64,000 nucleotides of DNA, taken from positions 320,001 to 384,000 of the forward strand of contig OZ245011.1 in the NCBI GenBank assembly GCA_965223665.1, given 5' to 3'. The number at the start of each line of letters is the position of its first letter. The stretch's first letter is position 1. Positions 59,893 to 64,000 of this stretch are shown here, piece after piece. Below the pieces are notes generated by a model. It was not told where the DNA came from. It was given only the letters and a program-made list of their open reading frames with translations, and made no database searches. Made by a program: the position numbers and the translations under genes. Source of the DNA: Nitrospinaceae bacterium (GTDB lineage: Bacteria > Nitrospinota > Nitrospinia > Nitrospinales > Nitrospinaceae).

Positions 59893-62277
59893 TTATGCTT
59901 TTTCAATGACAATTTTATGATGTCCGTTTTCTTTCACCTGGGATAAAAGCTTATGACCATCGTTTTGGACACTTCGAGGAACATTTTTTGCGGGTTCACC
60001 ATCATCCAGCAAAACTTCCAATACCTGACCGCTTTGCATCCCCTCTAATTTAAGCTTAGTTTTAACATAATTAAAAGGGCATTTAACTCCTAAAAGGTCA
60101 ATAGTCTCGTGATTAGAATTTGCCTCTTGGTTATTTTCTGAAAGTGCTTCCTGAACATTACCGGTCGAGCCCACTCTAATCCGAAGGCTTTTATCCGACT
60201 GCATTTTGTTATGGGCTTTTTGAGATTCGATAACAAGTCGGTTACATTCATCTAACGACTCTTCAGCTTTTTTCAAATCAGCCTTTTCCGGATCTTCTTG
60301 GAAGCGTTTAGTAACCCCTTCATGAGATTCAGATACAATACCGGTTTCAACAATTAACGATTCAAATTTGCTGAGAGTTTCTAAGTTATCGGTAAAATCC
60401 ATTCCTTCAGTGACCAATAAGGCTCTTGCTGCTGAGGCAATTCCTCGATTGGCTTGACGAACACATTCTGCGAATATTTCTTTTTCAAAAGCACGTTGAC
60501 TTTGAAAAAGTGCACGCTCTGCTTCAGAAAGATGATCCGTTATCATATCTGTGACCGCACCAGCACATTCACCCTGTCCTCGGTCATCCAATGAAAACTT
60601 TTCTTTAGCGTGGTAGTCAATATAAGACTGAGGAGATTCCTCAATGGATGGCAGTTCTTTAAGATCAGCTAGAAGCTCAATGAAATACCCTTTACCCATA
60701 CGCTCAAAAAAACTTGGAAATGATTCTCCTTCTTTTCTTTCTCGTTTATAGTTTTCCACCGTTCGACGAGTTGCATTGGGTACGTTTTTTGCCGGAATTT
60801 TAATAACATTTGTTCCAAACTTAACCCCATCTTCATTAATTTCTCCACCAAGCATCACTTCATAATGAGGAGCTAAAACCCCATTAATTTTTTTTGCTGA
60901 GCCGGAGAATCCAATGGAAGCAATGTGATGTTGACCACAAGAATTCGGGCATCCGCTGGCTTTTATTGATACTCCGTCCAATTGTGAGGAATCTGTGACC
61001 TCATTTTCAACATCATCTGTAATTTGATTAATCAAACCGCGGGAATGGGTGATCCCTAAATTACAGGTTTCAGATCCGGGACAGCAGGTCATATCTTTAA
61101 GTTCTTCGGTGCCAGCTTTATGAAGATCGATTTCCTTTAGAGCACCATAAACATTGCCTAGGGCATCTTCTGAAACCCAAGGAATCATAATATTTTGATG
61201 GACCGTATTGATGAGTGTATCTCCAGCAAGCTTTAATGCAATATCAGCCAGTGCTCGAGCTTTGGTGCTATCAATATCACCTAATTGAAGTTTGACATGG
61301 ACATTGTAAAATCCATGTTGCCGTTGTTCGTGAGTATTTCGTGTTTTCCAATTTTGGAACAATGGGTCGGATGCAAACGCTACATTTTTTTCAAACTCAG
61401 GTGTTTTGGGAGTAACTTCATCCAGAGCCTCAATGGTTGGATAAACTGTATCCTTTTGGGCCTCAAATTCTTCTTGAATCATACTTGTAACTTTTTCAAT
61501 ACCATATTTATCCACAACATATTTAAATCGAGCCTTGTTTCTGTTTCTTTTATCTCCATACTTATCAAAAACTTTTACGATAGCTTCGCAAGTGCGCAAT
61601 AGCTCTTTAGCAGGAACAAAATCAGAAAACGGTTGAGCGGCATGTGGAAACGATCCCAAGCCTCCACCAATTATCATTTTAAATCCCCGTTCACCATCTT
61701 TAACAACTGCGGTCATTCCAATATCATGAATTGGGGCCAGTCCGCACCCTTTGCATCCACCTAAACTGATTTTAAACTTTCTAGGTAAATTTTGGGTTAA
61801 TGGATGTCGTATTAAAAATTTGGAAACAGCTCCGGCATAAGGAGTTACATCAAACAATTCATTTTTACAGGTACCAGATTTATGGCATGCTGTAACATTG
61901 CGAACGGTATTTCCACAAGCTTCACGAGTGGTTAGGCCGTGATCGGCTAAATCCTGCAACGCCTGCGGTACATCATTTATTTTTACAAAATGGAACTGAA
62001 TATCTTGGCGAGTGGTTACATGAAGAATTCCATTTGAATAATTATCTGCGAAGTCAGCAAGACAAATTAATTGATCCGAAGTGTATTTACCAAAAGGAAG
62101 TTTGGTTCGCACCATATGGACATCGTTTTGTCGTTGGCCATATATTCCTTGTTGAAGGCGAAACCTTTTAAAATCTTCTTCACCTACATTTCCTTGATTG
62201 AGGCGTTCCACTTCTGCAGCAAAATCTTCAATTTCTTGTTTAATTTCTTGAGGTATATTTAAAACCTTGGTATCCAT
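59893..62277 (-). CDS. Ferredoxin-dependent siroheme sulfite/nitrite reductase fused to HEPN-like and TusA/SirA domains
   Basis: TTRQDIQ, RNVTAC, CCPGSETCNLG, SGCPNSCGQH, and C-terminal IDLLGVKCPFNYVKTKL..E.M..GQVLEVLLD. Confidence 0.88.
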   Translation of the reverse strand: MDTKVLNIPQEIKQEIEDFAAEVERLNQGNVGEEDFKRFRLQQGIYGQRQNDVHMVRTKLPFGKYTSDQLICLADFADNYSNGILHVTTRQDIQFHFVKINDVPQALQDLADHGLTTREACGNTVRNVTACHKSGTCKNELFDVTPYAGAVSKFLIRHPLTQNLPRKFKISLGGCKGCGLAPIHDIGMTAVVKDGERGFKMIIGGGLGSFPHAAQPFSDFVPAKELLRTCEAIVKVFDKYGDKRNRNKARFKYVVDKYGIEKVTSMIQEEFEAQKDTVYPTIEALDEVTPKTPEFEKNVAFASDPLFQNWKTRNTHEQRQHGFYNVHVKLQLGDIDSTKARALADIALKLAGDTLINTVHQNIMIPWVSEDALGNVYGALKEIDLHKAGTEELKDMTCCPGSETCNLGITHSRGLINQITDDVENEVTDSSQLDGVSIKASGCPNSCGQHHIASIGFSGSAKKINGVLAPHYEVMLGGEINEDGVKFGTNVIKIPAKNVPNATRRTVENYKRERKEGESFPSFFERMGKGYFIELLADLKELPSIEESPQSYIDYHAKEKFSLDDRGQGECAGAVTDMITDHLSEAERALFQSQRAFEKEIFAECVRQANRGIASAARALLVTEGMDFTDNLETLSKFESLIVETGIVSESHEGVTKRFQEDPEKADLKKAEESLDECNRLVIESQKAHNKMQSDKSLRIRVGSTGNVQEALSENNQEANSNHETIDLLGVKCPFNYVKTKLKLEGMQSGQVLEVLLDDGEPAKNVPRSVQNDGHKLLSQVKENGHHKIVIEKA

Positions 62278-62595
62278 AACAGGCCCTGATTCCGTGAAAT
62301 GTTATTGCAATGAGACCGACAACTTTATATGTTTGGTCAATAGAAATAAGATTGCAAATTATTATTGAGGGCAATTTCTCTTAATTACAAAATGATGATA
62401 AAGAACCCCCAATTATTGCAACTGATTGTTTATCATATAACAAATTGGAATTAAAAAACAGAGGAATACCTTTAAACCGTAACTTTATGCATTTTGGTCA
62501 TAAATTTATACTTTTGAATTTTGGGGTATTTTTTTTAATATTTAGCAAATAAGCCTTATTTCCGGTTTATTAGGCTATACCTGGAGGACTAAGAA

Positions 62596-63333
62596 TTGGA
62601 ATCTCTTGATATCGCCACTTATTGGATATGGGCAAACTTTTTGATTTTTTTGACTGTATTTTCGGTCGCAATTTATATAAACCAAAGTTTTAATATTTGG
62701 CTGGTTGGTCTAATTTATATTCTTCCTCTTGTTCCTGTGGGTTTAGGTGAAGACAATTTAGCCAGGTTTTTAATCCAATCATTGCAAAACTTGGTATTTG
62801 GTGTGATTGAAATTGTGATTTTTGTGATCACTGTCCGCGAGGCTGATTTTAAATTTGATAAACCTCAAATAAAACAATTTGTCGGTCATGTTTTACCCAT
62901 AGCCATTGCTTCCATTGGGATGTCATTTTTTTCTCGAGTATCTATAGAACCTGTGAAAATGGGAGAAATGATATTGATCATGCTGATTTTTCTAATAGGT
63001 TGTGTTTTACGTGTTGTTGCAGTTTATCAGCTGGGTGCGGTGGCTTTTAAATTTGATATTATTTTTCGAGAAAATCAAAAAATGCAAACCCAAAAACTTT
63101 ATTCTATTATTCGGCATCCTTCGTATACCGCAATGGTTATTGTATTTCTCTCCTACGGCTTAACCACACATCACTGGATTGCGGGAATCCTGGGTTTATT
63201 TTTAGTTTGGTTTGGACTTCAATACCGGATTTTTTATGAGGAAAAAGCACTGCAAGATCACTTTGGCGATGATTACATCCAGTATCAAGCTAAAACAGGG
63301 ATGTGGATACCGTTATTAAAAAAGAAACTTTAA
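62596..63333 (+). CDS. Isoprenylcysteine carboxyl methyltransferase (ICMT/PEMT) family membrane protein
   Basis: LYSIIRHPSY, RI..EEKAL...FG..Y..Y......WIP. Confidence 0.85.
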   Translation: MESLDIATYWIWANFLIFLTVFSVAIYINQSFNIWLVGLIYILPLVPVGLGEDNLARFLIQSLQNLVFGVIEIVIFVITVREADFKFDKPQIKQFVGHVLPIAIASIGMSFFSRVSIEPVKMGEMILIMLIFLIGCVLRVVAVYQLGAVAFKFDIIFRENQKMQTQKLYSIIRHPSYTAMVIVFLSYGLTTHHWIAGILGLFLVWFGLQYRIFYEEKALQDHFGDDYIQYQAKTGMWIPLLKKKL

Positions 63334-63351
63334 GAAACTAAACATATTTGC

Positions 63352-63798
63352 TCAATTAATTTCACTGGGAAACCAACTTTTCCAAAGTGGTTGGGATATT
63401 CCTGCATTTTCAGTCGGGGATTGAAACCATAAGGATAAAATGAAAAGAACGATTATGTATAAGTAACTTGCTCCAAAAAAAAGGGGTTGATTTATTGCAA
63501 GATTTTTGTGATTTTTTAAGCCTGATTTTACGATCCCTTTGACACGATAAAAGTTTGATATGGATATTAAAACAAATAGTACTAGCGGGCTATATTGAAA
63601 TATGGCCATAATAAAAGCTACCAAAGGGGAGACTAGCAATAAAATGGGAACTTTTAGAAAACTGTTTTGGGTTAATTCATCACATATATTTAATACGGCT
63701 AAATAAACGACTAAATAAAATAAACCAGTTAACATTAACCAAATTAAAAACGAAGCAATAGTAGAGCCGCCTATGATGTCTTCCCAACCTAGAATCAT
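63352..63798 (-). CDS. Hypothetical membrane protein
   Basis: 148 aa with about four TM helices. Confidence 0.65.
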   Translation of the reverse strand: MILGWEDIIGGSTIASFLIWLMLTGLFYLVVYLAVLNICDELTQNSFLKVPILLLVSPLVAFIMAIFQYSPLVLFVLISISNFYRVKGIVKSGLKNHKNLAINQPLFFGASYLYIIVLFILSLWFQSPTENAGISQPLWKSWFPSEIN

Positions 63799-63854
63799 TT
63801 TGGAAATTTACCAAAGCCCGCTACTAAAGGCAAATGGGTTGCAGGGAGTTTTTT

Positions 63855-64000
63855 ATGACTCAAGAAAGTAAAGATTTCGGTGTGGCTGGAGAGAAAGCGG
63901 CAGAAAAATATTTAAAAAAGAATGGCTATAGAATTATTAAAAAAAATTATCGAACTCCCATAGGGGAGATCGATATTATTGCAGAACAAGATAAAGCCCT
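63855..64000 (+). CDS. yraN: YraN-family (UPF0102) protein, truncated by the window end
   Basis: Not in the ORF track. Hand translation gives MTQESKDFGVAGEKAAEKYLKKNGYRIIKKNYRTPIGEIDIIAE, with a GGGAG RBS. Confidence 0.9.
   Translation, partial: MTQESKDFGVAGEKAAEKYLKKNGYRIIKKNYRTPIGEIDIIAEQDKA

Overview
AT-rich (mid-30s % GC by eye), densely coding bacterial chromosomal core region. I found no rRNA, tRNA, CRISPR array, transposase, integrase or obvious pseudogene. Gene content and protein style suggest a Gram-negative chemolithoautotroph of the Nitrospinota/Nitrospinaceae type, which is my inference and not a database result. Housekeeping content: ricT/PSP1-holB, a complete F1Fo atp operon, uvrA, a UbiD/MqnL decarboxylase, oppBC, a DnaJ-like protein, birA, hemB, two class A PBPs with SPOR and LpoA-like partners, pgi-tal-glk-argG, a sigma-54 response regulator, tatA, mltG-hisC-gmk-yicC, a siroheme sulfite/nitrite reductase and yraN. 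Most notable candidates: (1) a small operon centred on a PDZ-less radical SAM/DUF512 (Mmp10-like, putatively cobalamin-dependent) enzyme flanked by small unknown proteins; (2) a SagB-type nitroreductase fused to an aldo-keto reductase domain in which all four catalytic residues appear substituted; (3) a stand-alone nuoE-nuoG-nuoD operon without nuoF; (4) a sulfite reductase-HEPN-TusA fusion; (5) a 96-aa membrane protein ending in a FliF-like C-terminal helix; (6) a 2x[4Fe-4S] ferredoxin with insertions in both cluster motifs; (7) a long-tailed orphan TatA. Candidate sigma-54, sigma-28, sigma-70 and IHF sites and several palindromes were read directly from the sequence.
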